Origin: Phyllobates terribilis
Lineage: Eukaryota
DNA: 64,000 nt
Direction: 5' to 3'
NCBI RefSeq assembly: GCF_046119375.1
Contig: NW_027362764.1
Coordinates: 49,910,001-49,974,000 of the forward strand
Shown here: piece after piece, positions 42,385-57,622 of the stretch
How positions within the stretch are numbered: the stretch's first letter is position 1
Layout of the letters: every line of letters starts with the position of its first letter
The notes under the pieces: generated by a model
What the model saw: the letters and a program-made list of their open reading frames with translations, nothing else
The model's database searches: none
What the model was told of the DNA's origin: nothing
Translations under genes and position numbers: made by a program

Positions 42385-45300
42385 GCTACTATAATACTGC
42401 CCCTATGTACAAGAACATAACTACTATAATACTGCTCCCTATGTACAAGAATGTAACTACTATAATACTGCTCCTATGTACAAGAATATAACTACTATAA
42501 TACTGCTCCTCTGTACAAGAATATAACTACTATAATACTGCCCCCTATGTACAAGAATATAACTACTATAATACTGCCCCTATGTACAAGAACATAACTA
42601 CTATAATACTGCTCCCTATGTACAAGAATATTACTACTATAATACTGCCCTCTATGTACAAGAATATAACTACTATAATACTGCCCCCTATGTACAAGAA
42701 TATAACTACTATAATACTGCCCCTATGTACAAGAATATAACTACTATAACACTGCCCCCTATATACAAGAATATAACTACTATAATACTGCCCCTATGTA
42801 CAAGAATATAACTACTATAATACTGCTCCTATGTACAAGAATATAACTACTATAACACTGCCCCCTATATACAAGAATATAACTACTATAATACTGCTCC
42901 TATGTACAAGAATATAACTACTATAATACTGCTCCTATGTACAAGAATATAACTACTATAATACTGCTCCTATGTACAAGAATATAACTACTATAATACT
43001 GCCCTCTATGTACAAGAATATAACTACTATAATACTGCCCCCTATGTACAAGAATATAACTACTATAATACTGCCCCTATGTACAAGAATATAACTACTA
43101 TAACACTGCCCCCTATATACAAGAATATAACTACTATAATACTGCCCCTATGTACAAGAATATAACTACTATAATACTGCCCCCTATGTACAAGAATATA
43201 ACTACTATAATACTGCCCCTATGTACAAGAATATAACTACTATAACACTGCCCCCTATATACAAGAATATAACTACTATAATACTGCCCCTATGTACAAG
43301 AATATAACTACTATAACACTGCCCCCTATATACAAGACTATAACTACTATAATACTGCCCCTATGTACAAGAATATAACTACTATAATACTGCCCCTATG
43401 TATAAGAATATAACTACTATAGTACTGCTCCTATGTACAAGAATATAACTACTATAATACTGCCCCTATGTATAAGAATATAACTACTATAATACTGCTC
43501 CTATGTACAAGAATATAACTACTATAATACTGCCCCTATGTATAAGAATATAACTACTATAATACTGCTCCTGTGTACAAGAATATAACTACTATAATAC
43601 TGCCCCTATGTATAAGAATATAACTACTATAATACTGCTCCTACGTACAAGAATATAACTATTATAATACTGCCCCTATGTATAAGAATATAACTACTAT
43701 AATACTGCTCCTATGTACAAGAATATAACTACTATAATACTGCCCCTATGTATAAGAATATAACTACTATAATACTGTCCCTATGTACAAGAATATAACT
43801 ACTATAATACTGCTCCTATGTAGAAGAATATAACTACTATAATACTGCCCCCTATTTACAGGAATATAGCTACTATATTACTGCTCCTATGTACAAGAAT
43901 ATAACTACTATAATACTGCCAATATGTACAAGAATATAACTACTATAGTACTGCTCCTATGTAGAAGAATATAACTACTATAATACTGCTCCTATGTAGA
44001 AGAATATAACCACTATAATACTGCCCCCTATTTACAGGAATATAACTACTATATTACTGCTCCTATGTACAAGAATATAACTACTATAATACTACTCCCT
44101 ATGTACAAGAATATAACTACTATAATACTGTCTCTATGTACAAGAATATAACTACTATAATACTGCTCCTATGTACAAGAATATAACTACTATAATACTG
44201 CCCCCTATGTACAAGAATATAACCACTATAATACTGCCCCCTATTTACAGGAATATAACTACTATATTACTGCTCCTATGTACAAGAATATAACTACTAT
44301 AATACTGCCCCTATGTATAAGAATATAACTACTATAGTACTGCTCCTATGTACAAGAATATAACTACTATAATACTGCTCCTCTGTACAAGAATATAACT
44401 ACTATAATACTGCTCCTCTGTACAAGAATATAACTACTATAATACTGCCCCCTGTGTACAAGAATATAACTACTATAATACTGCCCCCTGTGTACAAGAA
44501 TATAGCTACTATAATACTGCCCCTATGTACAAGAACATAACTGCTATAATACTGCTCCCTATGTACATGAATGTAACTACTATAATACTGCTCCTATGTA
44601 CAAGAATATAACTACTATAATACTGCTCCTCTGTACAAGAATATAACTACTATAATACTGCCCCCTATGTACAAGAATATAACTACTATAATACTGCCCC
44701 TATGTACAAGAATATAACTACTATAATACTGCCCCTATGTACAAGAACATAACTACTATAATACTGCTCCCTATGTACAAGAATGTAACATCTATAATAC
44801 TGTCCCTATGTACAAGAATATAACTACTATAATACTGCCCCTATGTACAAGAATATAACTACTATAATACTGCCACTATGTACAAGAATATAACTACTAT
44901 AATACTACACCCTATGTACAAGAATATAACTACTATAATACTGTCTCTATGTACAAGAATATAACTACTATAATACTGCTCCTATGTACAAGAATATAAC
45001 TACTATAATACTGCCCCCTATGTACAAGAATATAACTACTATAATACTGCCCCTATGTACAAGAATATAACTACTATAACACTGCCCCCTATATACAAGA
45101 ATATAACTACTATAATACTGCCCCTATGTACAAGAATATAACTACTATAATACTGCCCCTATGTATAAGAATATAACTACTATAGTACTGCTCCTATGTA
45201 CAAGAATATAACTACTATAATACTGCCTCTATGTATAAGAATATAACTACTATAATACTGCTCCTATGTACAAGAATATATCTACTATAATACTGCCCCT

Positions 45301-48300
45301 ATGTATAAGAATATAACTACTATAATACTGCCCCTATGTATAAGAATATAACTACTATAATACTGTCCCTATGTACAAGAATATAACTACTATAATTCTG
45401 CTCCTATGTAGAAGAATATAACTACTATAATACTGCCCCCTATTTACAGGAATATAGCTACTATATTACTGCTCCTATGTACAAGAAAATAACTACTATA
45501 ATACTGCCCCTATGTACAAGAATATAACTACTATAGTACTGCTCCTATGTAGAAGAATATAACTACTATAATACTGCTCCTATGTAGAAGAATATAACTA
45601 CTATAATACTGCCCCCTATTTACAGGAATATAACTACTATATTACTGCTCCTATGTACAAGAATATAACTACTATAATACTGCCCCTATGTATAAGAATA
45701 TAACTACTATAGTACTGCTCCTATGTACAAGAATATAACTACTATAATACTGCTCCTCTGTACAAGAATATAACTACTATAATACTGCTCCTCTGTACAA
45801 GAATATAACTACTATAATACTGCCCCCTATGTACAAGAATATAGCTACTATAATACTGCCCCTATGTACAAGAACATAACTACTATAATACTGCTCCCTA
45901 TGTACAAGAATATAACTACTATAATACTGCTCCTCTGTACAAGAATATAACTACTATAATACTGCCCCCTATGTACAAGAATATAACTACTATAATACTG
46001 CCCCTATGTACAAGAATATAACTACTATAATACTGCTCCTCTGTACAAGAATATAACTACTATAATACTGCCCCCTATGTACAAGAATATAACTACTATA
46101 ATACTGCCCCTATGTACAAGAATATAACTACTATAATACTGCCCCTATGTACAAGAACATAACTACTATAATACTGCTCCCTATGTACAAGAATATAACT
46201 ACTATAATACTGCTCCTCTGTACAAGAATATAACTACTATAATACTGCCCCCTATGTACAAGAATATAAATACTATAATACTGCCCCTATGTACAAGAAT
46301 ATAACTACTATAATACTGCCCCTATGTACAAGAACATAACTACTATAATACTGCTCCCTATGTACAAGTATGTAACTTCTATAATACTGCCCCTATGTAC
46401 AAGAATATAACTACTATAATACTGCTCCTATGTACAAGAATATAACTACTATAATACTGCTCCCATGTAGAAGAATATAACTACTATATTACTGCTCCTA
46501 TGTACAAGAATATAACTACTATAATACTGCCCTCTATGTACAAGAATATAACTACTATAATACTGCCCCCTATGTACAAGAATATAACTACTATAACACT
46601 GCCCCTATGTACAAGAATATAACTACTATAACACTGCCCCCTATATACAAGAATATAACTACTATAATACTGCCCCTATGTACAAGAATATAACTACTAT
46701 AATACTGCCCCCTATGTACAAGAATATAACTACTATAATACTGCTCCTATGTAGAAGAATATAACTACTATAATACTGCCCCCTATTTACAGGAATATAG
46801 CTACTATATTACTGCTCCTATGTACAAGAATATAACTACTATAATACTGCCCCTATGTACAAAAATATAACTACTATAGTACTGCTCCTATGTAGAAGAA
46901 TATAACTACTATAATACTGCTCCTATGTAGAAGAATATAACTACTATAATACTGCCCCTTATTTACAGGAATATAACTACTATATTACTGCTCCTATGTA
47001 CAAGAATATAACTACTATAATACTGCCCTCTATGTACAAGAATATAACTACTATATTACTGCCCCTATGTATAAGAATATAACTACTATAGTACTGCTCC
47101 TATGTACAAGAATATAACTACTATAATACTGCTCCTCTGTACAAGAATATAACTACTATAATACTGCTCCTCTGTACAAGAATATAACTACTATAATACT
47201 GCCCCCTATGTACAAGAATATAGCTACTATAATACTGCCCCTATGTAGAAGAACATAACTACTATAATACTGCTTCCTATGTACAAGAATGTAACTACTA
47301 TAATACTGCTCCTATGTACAAGAATATAACTACTATAATACTGCTCCTCTGTACAAGAATATAACTACTATAATACTGCCCCCTATGTACAAGAATATAA
47401 CTACTATAATACTGCCCCTATGTACAAGAATATAACTACTATAATACTGCCCCTATGTACAAGAACATAACTACTATAATACTGCTCCCTATGTACAAGA
47501 ATGTAACTTCTATAATACTGCCCCTATGTACAAGAATATAACTACTATAATACTGCCCCTATGTACAAGAATATAACTACTATAATACTGCCACTATGTA
47601 CAAGAATATAACTACTATAATACTACTCCCTATGTACAAGAATATAACTACTATAATACTGCTCCTATGTACAAGAATATAACTACTATAATACTGCTCC
47701 TATGTAGAAGAATATAACTACTATAATACTGCCCCTTATTTACAAGAATATAACTACTATATTACTGCTCCTATGTACAAGAATATAACTACTATAATAC
47801 TGCCCTCTATGTACAAGAATATAACTACTATAATACTGCCCCTATGTATAAGAATATAACTACTATAGTACTGCTCCTATGTACAAGAATATAACTACTA
47901 TAATACTGCTCCTCTGTACAAGAATATAACTACTATAATACTGCTCCTCTGTACAAGAATATAACTACTATAATACTGCCCCCTATGTACAAGAATATAG
48001 CTACTATAATACTGCCCCTATGTAGAAGAACATAACTACTATAATACTGCTCCCTATGTACAAGAATGTAACTACTATAATACTGCTCCTATGTACAAGA
48101 ATATAACTACTATAATACTGCTCCTCTGTACAAGAATATAACTACTATAATACTGCCCCCTATGTACAAGAATATAACTACTATAATACTGCCCCTATGT
48201 ACAAGAATATAACTACTATAATACTGCCCCTATGTACAAGAACATAACTACTATAATACTGCTCCCTATGTACAAGAATGTAACTTCTATAATACTGCCC

Positions 48301-51300
48301 CTATGTACAAGATTATAACTACTATAATACTGCCCCTATGTACAAGAATATAACTACTATAATACTGCCACTATGTACAAGAATATAACTACTATAATAC
48401 TACTCCCTATGTACAAGAATATAACTACTATAATACTGCTCCTATGTACAAGAATATAACTACTATAATACTGCCTTGTATGTACAAGAATATATCTACT
48501 CTAATACTGCTCCTATGTGCAAGAATATAACTACTATAATACTGTCTCTATGTACCAGAATATAACTACTATAATACTGCTCCTATGTACAAGAATATAA
48601 CTACTATAATACTGCCCTCTATGTACAAGAATATAACTACTATAATACTGCTCCTATGTACAAGAACATAACTACTATAATACTGCCCCTATGTACAAGA
48701 ATATAACTACTATAATACTGCCCCTATGTACAAGAATATAACTACTATAATACTGCCCCTATGTACAAGAATATAACTACTATAATACTGCTCCTATGTA
48801 CAAGAATATAACTACTATAATACTGCCTCTATGTACAAGAACATAACTACTATAATACTGCCCCTATGTACAAGAACATAACTACTATAATACTGCCCCC
48901 TATGTACAAGAATATAACTACTATAATACTGCCCCTATGTACAAGAATATAACTACTATAACACTGCCCCCTATATACAAGAATATAACTACTATAACAC
49001 TGCCCCCTATATACAAGAATATAACTACCATAATACTGCCCCTATGTACAAGAATATAACTACTATAATACTGCCCCTATGTACAGGAACATAACTACTA
49101 TAATACTGCTCCCTATGTACAAGTATGTAACTTCTATAATACTGCCCCTATGTACAAGAATATAACTACTATAATACTGCTCCTATGTACAAGAATATAA
49201 CTACTATAATACTGCTCCCATGTAGAAGAATATAACTACTATATTACTGCTCCTATGTACAAGAATATAACTACTATAATACTGCCCTCTATGTACAAGA
49301 ATATAACTACTATAATACTGCCCCCTATGTACAAGAATATAACTACTATAATACTGCCCCTATGTACAAGAATATAACTACTATAACACTGCCCCCTATA
49401 TACAAGAATATAATTACTATAATACTGCCCCTATGTACAAGAATATAACTACTATAATACTGCCCCCTATGTACAAGAATATAACTACTATAATACTGCT
49501 CCTATGTAGAAGAATATAACTACTATAATACTGCCCCCTATTTACAGGAATATAGCTACTATATTACTGCTCCTATGTACAAGAATATAACTACTATAAT
49601 ACTGCCCCTATGTACAAGAATATAACTACTATAGTACTGCTCCTATGTAGAAGAATATAACTACTATAATACTGCTCCTATGTAGAAGAATATAACTACT
49701 ATAATACTGCCCCTTATTTACAGGAATATAACTACTATATTACTGCTCCTATGTACAAGAAAATAACTACTATAATACTGCCCTCTATGTACAAGAATAT
49801 AACTACTATAATACTGCCCCTATGTATAAGAATATAACTACTATAGTACTGCTCCTATGTACAAGAATATAACTACTATAATACTGCTCCTCTGTACAAG
49901 AATATAACTACTATAATACTGCTCCTCTGTACAAGAATATAACTACTATAATACTGCCCCCTATGTACAAGAATATAGCTACTATAATACTGCCCCTATG
50001 TAGAAGAACATAACTACTATAATACTGCTCCCTATGTACAAGAATGTAACTACTATAATACTGCTCCTATGTACAAGAATATAACTACTATAATACTGCT
50101 CCTCTGTACAAGAATATAACTACTATAATACTGCCCCCTATGTACAAGAATATAACTACTATAATACTGCCCCTATGTACAAGAATATAACTACTATAAT
50201 ACTGCCCCTATGTACAAGAACATAACTACTATAATACCGCTCCCTATGTACAAGAATGTAACTTCTATAATACTGCCCCTATGTACAAGAATATAACTAC
50301 TATAATACTGCCCCTATGTACAAGAATATAACTACTATAATACTGCCACTATGTACAAGAATATAACTACTATAATACTACTCCCTATGTACAAGAATAT
50401 AACTACTATAATACTGCTCCTATGTACAAGAATATAACTACTATAATACTGCTCCTATGTAGAAGAATATAACTACTATAATACTGCCCCTTGTTTACAA
50501 GAATATAACTACTATATTACTGCTCCTATGTACAAGAATATAACTACTATAATACTGCCCTCTATGTACAAGAATATAACTACTATAATACTGCCCCTAT
50601 GTATAAGAATATAACTACTATAGTACTGCTCCTATGTACAAGAATATAACTACTATAATACTGCTCCTCTGTACAAGAATATAACTACTATAATACTGCT
50701 CCTCTGTAGAAGAATATAACTACTATAATACTGCCCCCTATGTACAAGAATATAGCTACTATAATACTGCCCCTATGTAGAAGAACATAACTACTATAAT
50801 ACTGCTCCCTATGTACAAGAATGTAACTACTATAATACTGCTCCTATGTACAAGAATATAACTACTATAATACTGCTCCTCTGTACAAGAATATAACTAC
50901 TATAATACTGCCCCCTATGTACAAGAATATAACTACTATAATACTGCCCCTATGTACAAGAATATAACTACTATAATACTGTCCCTATGTACAAGAACAT
51001 AACTACTATAATACTGCTCCCTATGTACAAGAATGTAACTTCTATAATACTGCCCCTATGTACAAGAATATAACTACTATAATACTGCCCCTATGTACAA
51101 GAATATAACTACTATAATACTGCCACTATGTACAAGAATATAACTACTATAATACTACTCCCTATGTACAAGAATATAACTACTATAATACTGCTCCTAT
51201 GTACAAGAATATAACTACTATAATACTGCCTTGTATGTACAAGAATATATCTACTCTAATACTGCTCCTATGTGCAAGAATATAACTACTATAATACTGT

Positions 51301-54300
51301 CTCTATGTACCAGAATATAACTACTATAATACTGCTCCTATGTACAAGAATATAACTACTATAATACTGCCCTCTATGTACAAGAATATAACTACTATAA
51401 TACTGCTCCTATGTACAAGAACATAACTACTATAATACTGCCCCTATGTACAAGAATATAACTACTATAATACTGCCCCTATGTACAAGAATATAACTAC
51501 TATAATACTGCCCCTATGTACAAGAATATAACTACTATAATACTGCTCCTATGTACAAGAATATAACTACTATAATACTGCCTCTATGTACAAGAACATA
51601 ACTACTATAATACTGCCCCTATGTACAAGAACATAACTACTATAATACTGCCCCCTATGTACAAGAATATAACTACTATAATACTGCTCCCTATGTACAA
51701 GAATATAACTACTATAATACTACTCCCTATGTACAAGAATATAACTACTATAATACTGCTCCTATGTACAAGAATATAACTACTATAATACTGCCTTGTA
51801 TGTACTAGAATATATCTACTCTAATACTGCTCCTATGTGCAAGAATATAACTACTATAATACTGTCTCTATGTACCAGAATATAACTACTATAATACTGC
51901 TCCTATGTACAAGAATATAACTACTATAACACTGCCCCCTATATACAAGAATATAACTACTATAACACTGCCCCCTATATACAAGAATATAACTACTATA
52001 ATACTGCCCCTATGTACAAGAATATAACTACTATAATACTGCCCCTATGTACAGGAACATAACTACTATAATACTGCTCCCTATGTACAAGTATGTAACT
52101 TCTATAATACTGCCCCTATGTACAAGAATATAACTACTATAATACTGCTCCTATGTACAAGAATATAACTACTATAATACTGCTCCCATGTAGAAGAATA
52201 TAACTACTATATTACTGCTCCTATGTACAAGAATATAACTACTATAATACTGCCCTCTATGTACAAGAATATAACTACTATAATACTGCCCCCTATGTAC
52301 AAGAATATAACTACTATAATACTGCCCCTATGTACAAGAATATAACTACTATAACACTGCCCCCTATATACAAGAATATAACTACTATAATACTGCCCCT
52401 ATGTACAAGAATATAACTACTATAATACTGCCCCCTATGTACAAGAATATAACTACTATAATACTGCTCCTATGTAGAAGAATATAACTACTATAATACT
52501 GCCCCCTATTTACAGGAATATAGCTACTATATTACTGCTCCTATGTACAAGAATATAACTACTATAATACTGCCCCTATGAACAAGAATATAACTACTAT
52601 AGTACTGCTCCTATGTAGAAGAATATAACTACTATAATACTGCTCCTATGTAGAAGAATATAACTACTATAATACTGCCCCTTATTTACAGGAATATAAC
52701 TACTATATTACTGCTCCTATGTACAAGAATATAACTACTATAATACTGCCCTCTATGTACAAGAATATAACTACTATAATACTGCCCCTATGTATAAGAA
52801 TATAACTACTATAGTACTGCTCCTATGTACAAGAATATAACTACTATAATACTGCTCCTCTGTACAAGAATATAACTACTATAATACTGCTCCTCTGTAC
52901 AAGAATATATCTACTATAATACTGCCCCCTATGTACAAGAATATAGCTACTATAATACTGCCCCTATGTAGAAGAACATAACTACTATAATACTGCTCCC
53001 TATGTACAAGAATGTAACTACTATAATACTGCTCCTATGTACAAGAATATAACTACTATAATACTGCTCCTCTGTACAAGAATATAACTACTATAATACT
53101 GCCCCCTATGTACAAGAATATAACTACTATAATACTGCCCCTATGTACAAGAATATAACTACTATAATACTGCCCCTATGTACAAGAACATAACTACTAT
53201 AATACTGCTCCCTATGTACAAGAATGTAACTTCTATAATACTGCCCCTATGTACAAGAATATAACTACTATAATACTGCCCCTATGTACAAGAATATAAC
53301 TACTATAATACTGCCACTATGTACAAGAATATAACTACTATAATACTACTCCCTATGTACAAGAATATAACTACTATAATACTGCTCCTATGTACAAGAA
53401 TATAACTACTATAATACTGCTCCTATGTAGAAGAATATAACTACTATAATACTGCCCCTTATTTACAAGAATATAACTACTATATTACTGCTCCTATGTA
53501 CAAGAATATAACTACTATAATACTGCCCTCTATGTACAAGAATATAACTACTATAATACTGCCCCTATGTATAAGAATATAACTACTATAGTACTGCTCC
53601 TATGTACAAGAATATAACTACTATAATACTGCTCCTCTGTACAAGAATATAACTACTATAATACTGCTCCTCTGTAGAAGAATATAACTACTATAATACT
53701 GCCCCCTATGTACAAGAATATAGCTACTATAATACTGCCCCTATGTAGAAGAACATAACTACTATAATACTGCTCCCTATGTACAAGAATGTAACTACTA
53801 TAATACTGCTCCTATGTACAAGAATATAACTACTATAATACTGCTCCTCTGTACAAGAATATAACTACTATAATACTGCCCCCTATGTACAAGAATATAA
53901 CTACTATAATACTGCCCCTATGTACAAGAATATAACTACTATAATACTGCCCCTATGTACAAGAACATAACTACTATAATACTGCTCCCTATGTACAAGA
54001 ATGTAACTTCTATAATACTGCCCCTATGTACAAGAATATAACTACTATAATACTGCCCCTATGTACAAGAATATAACTACTATAATACTGCCACTATGTA
54101 CAAGAATATAACTACTATAATACTACTCCCTATGTACAAGAATATAACTACTATAATACTGCTCCTATGTACAAGAATATAACTACTATAATACTGCTCC
54201 CTATGTACAAGAATATAACTACTATAATACTGCCTTGTATGTACAAGAATATATCTACTCTAATACTGCTCCTATGTGCAAGAATATAACTACTATAATA

Positions 54301-55699
54301 CTGCTCCTATGTACAAGAATATAACTACTATAATACTGCCCTCTATGTACAAGAATATAACTACTATAATACTGCTCCTATGTACAAGAATATAACTACT
54401 ATAATACTGTCCCTATGTACAAGAATATAACTACTATAATACTGCTCCTATGTACAAGAACATAACTACTATAATACTGCCCCTATGTACAAGAATATAA
54501 CTACTATAATACTGCCCCTATGTACAAGAATATAACTACTATAATACTGCCCCTATGTACAAGAATATAACTACTATAATACTGCTCCTATGTACAAGAA
54601 TATAACTACTATAATACTGCCTCTATGTACAAGAACATAACTACTATAATACTGCCCCTATGTACAAGAACATAACTACTATAATACTGCCCCCTATGTA
54701 CAAGAATATAACTACTATAATACTGCTCCCTATGTACAAGAATATAACTACTATAATACTGCCCCTATGTACAAGAACATAACTACTATAATACTGCCCC
54801 CTATGTACAAGAATATAACTACTATAATACTGCTCCCTATGTACAAGAATATAACTACTATAATACTGCCCCTATATACAAGAATATAACTACTATAACA
54901 CCGCCCCCTATATACAAAAATATAACTACTATGTGTGGCCAGAGTGAAGAATATATATGTAACATACAAATTTGTTTTACAAGGTCATTTTTTGGTGATG
55001 TAATCCCTTTATCTGTGCTTTCATCTTCCCTCATTGTTGTTTCACACTTGTTGCCAAAATTACAGCTTTCGCTTTAATATCGATATATTCCTACACCGGC
55101 GTTTCTATTATATGTTCGGTGTGACTGTTGAGTGTTACGTTCTTCCCATGAGTGAAACAAACATTTCTGCTTTATGCAGTTAAGAGCGGACCTTCACTCC
55201 AGTTTTCAGGGGTTAGGAGAAAAAATACAATATAGCAGCAAGGATCGGGTCCCTAATGTCCTTGAGATATAATAAACTGAGCTATATTGTATTCAACCTG
55301 GGTGAGGAGGGGTTAAATGTTCCAGGTTTTCAATATTTTACTATAGTGGTAATGCTGCGGGGGGGCTATAATTTACTTGGCCCCCTGTAAAGTGGTGTGA
55401 ACCTTGCATTGGAAGGTCTAGGTAAGCCTGAATGTGTATATCACCAGTAATGGCTGTCAGGGGAGTTGTGCTGCCGATACATAGAAAAGCGGTAATTGTG
55501 TTCTGCGCAGTGAATGTATTAAGGTGTCACATTAGTTGGGGGATGGGGGATTTTGCCTTAGGTGATTTATATATTAAAAATATGTATTGGTATAATGAGA
55601 AGATCGTTCTTTCTGCAATAAATATGGTCTAGCTGCATTTATACAGATTTATAAATCCCCGTTTCAACCTTATCCAGTTTTTTCCCTCTGACGCACATA

Positions 55700-56900
55700 T
55701 TGTATGAAGAAAAGTATTGGGACACACACCTTAATCGCTGAATTCCAATTTTTCATTCAGTCCCATTGCCCCCAGTGTATAACATCCAGCCCCATGTCCC
55801 TGGGTATATAACATCCGGCTCCATTGCCTCCGGTGTATAACATCCAGCTCCATTGCCCCTGGTGTATAACATCTGGCCCCTTTGCCCCTGGTGTATAACA
55901 TCCGGCCCCATTGCATCCGATGTATAACATCTGGCCACACTGCCCCTGGTGTATAACATACGGCCCCATTGACCCCTGGTGTATAACATCCGGCCCCATT
56001 GCCCCTGGTGTATAACATCTGGCCCCTTTGCCCCTGGTGTATAACATCCGGCCCCATTGACCCCGGTGTATAACATCCGGCCCCATTGCCCCTGGTGTAT
56101 AACATCCAGCCCCATTACCCCCGGTGTATAACATCCAGCCCCATTACCCCCGGTGTATAACATCCGGCCCCATTGCCCCCGGTGTATAACATCCGGCCCC
56201 ATTGCCCCTGGTGTATAACATCCAGCCCCATTACCCACGGTGTATAACATCCGGCCCCATTGCCCCCGGTGTATAACATCCGGCCCCATTGCCCCTGGTG
56301 TATAACATCCAGCCCCATTACCCCCGGTGTATAACATCCGGCCCCATTGACCCCGGTGTATAACATCCAGCCCCATTGCCCCTGGTGTATAACATCCAGC
56401 CCCATTACCCCCGGTGTATAACATCCGGCCCCATTACCCCCGGTGTATAACATCCGGCCCCATTGCCCCTGGTGTATAACATCCGGCCCCATTGACCCCC
56501 CGTGTAACATATGGCCCCATTGACCCCCGGTGTATAACATACGGCCCCATTGACCCCGGTGTATAACATACAGCCCCATTGCCCCTCGGTATATAACATC
56601 TGGCCCCATTGCCCCTCGGTATATAACTTCCGGCCCCCTTGCCCCCAGTGTATAACATACGGCCCAATGGCCCCCGGTGTATAGAATCCAGCCCCATTTC
56701 CCCCCCTGTACAACATCCAGCCCCTCACCCCCATTGTATAACATCCGGCCCCCCATCCATTCAGTTGGCCTTTACTAACATGTGACAGAACGACTGGTGG
56801 TGCAGAGGTCACTGTTACCCGTGCGATCCTGGAATAAGAGCCACCGATGTAACAAGTCTTTTGCAAAGGTCTGAGTTGTCTCAATTGAAGAAATAAGTAT
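55700..56900 (+). mobile_element. Degenerate Tc1-like element with an internal minisatellite expansion
   Basis: ATATTG...AAAAGTATTGGGACAC terminus-like motif, TTCATTCAGTCCCATTGCC before the array, and GCCTTTACTAACAT...GCCACCGATGTAACAAGTC after it, resembling recalled fish/amphibian Tc1 5' regions. Confidence 0.5.
55762..56755. repeat. ~29-30-bp minisatellite CCCCATTGCCCC(T/C)GGTGTATAACATCC(A/G)G
   Basis: About 33 tandem copies. Confidence 0.95.
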
Positions 56901-57381
56901 GAGTTCTTAGGGGCTGAGGAATTCTCATCTCTCCGCACCGAAGCGCAGCCGTGTGATGAGGTCACATTGCTTATGTCAATGCTGCACCACAGAGGAGACA
57001 AAGATGGTGGGAATGGAAGCACTCTGTGGAGCCGAAGATACAGGGGAAATCAATAGTGGCATGTGCACGGTATTAATTTGAGAGTGAATTATTGGGGACA
57101 GTATGTACAAGGAGAAAAGTGGGAGAGAAGTGCACAGTATGAAGAGAGTGCTAGGTGTGGGGGCAGTGTGAGGGCACAGTATGGAAAGGGGGCAGTGTGA
57201 GGAGAGGGCATAATACGGAGAGGGGGCAGTGTGAGGAGGGGTCACAGTATGGAGTATAGCATTATGAAGGTCAGTGTTAGGGCACAGTATGAAGAGGGAG
57301 CAACATGGGGAGGTGCAGTGTGACAACACAGTTTAAAGAGAAGGAACGGTGGGGAGAGAAAGTAGAGATAGGGACAACATA

Positions 57382-57622
57382 CAGTACAGACCAAAAGTTT
57401 GGACACAACTTCTCATTTAAAGATTTTTCTGTATTTTCATGACTTTGAAAATTGTACATTCACACTGAAGGCATCAAAACTATGAATTACCACATGTGGA
57501 ATTATATACTTAACAAAAAAGTGTGAAACAACTGAAAATATGTCTTATATTCTAGGTTCTTCAAAGTAGCCACCTTTTGCTTTGATGACTGCTTTGCACA
57601 CTCTTGGCATTCTCTTGATGAG
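57382..57622 (+). mobile_element. Tc1/mariner terminal fragment
   Basis: TA then CAGTACAGACCAAAAGTTTGGACACA..., a recalled amphibian Tc1 end; truncated at GATGAG. Confidence 0.75.

Larger units (their letters stand above)
33100..54930. repeat. Large 35/36-bp satellite array TATAACTACTATAATACTGCCCCTATGTACAAGAA (~15.7 kb net), interrupted by an LTR element
   Basis: Hundreds of tandem units at 33100-36264 and 42385-54930; degenerate left edge. Confidence 0.98.

Noticed and set aside
33100-54930. CRISPR-like appearance of a 35/36-bp repeat array
   Set aside because: Units are contiguous with no unique spacers and no cas genes; it is a eukaryotic satellite.
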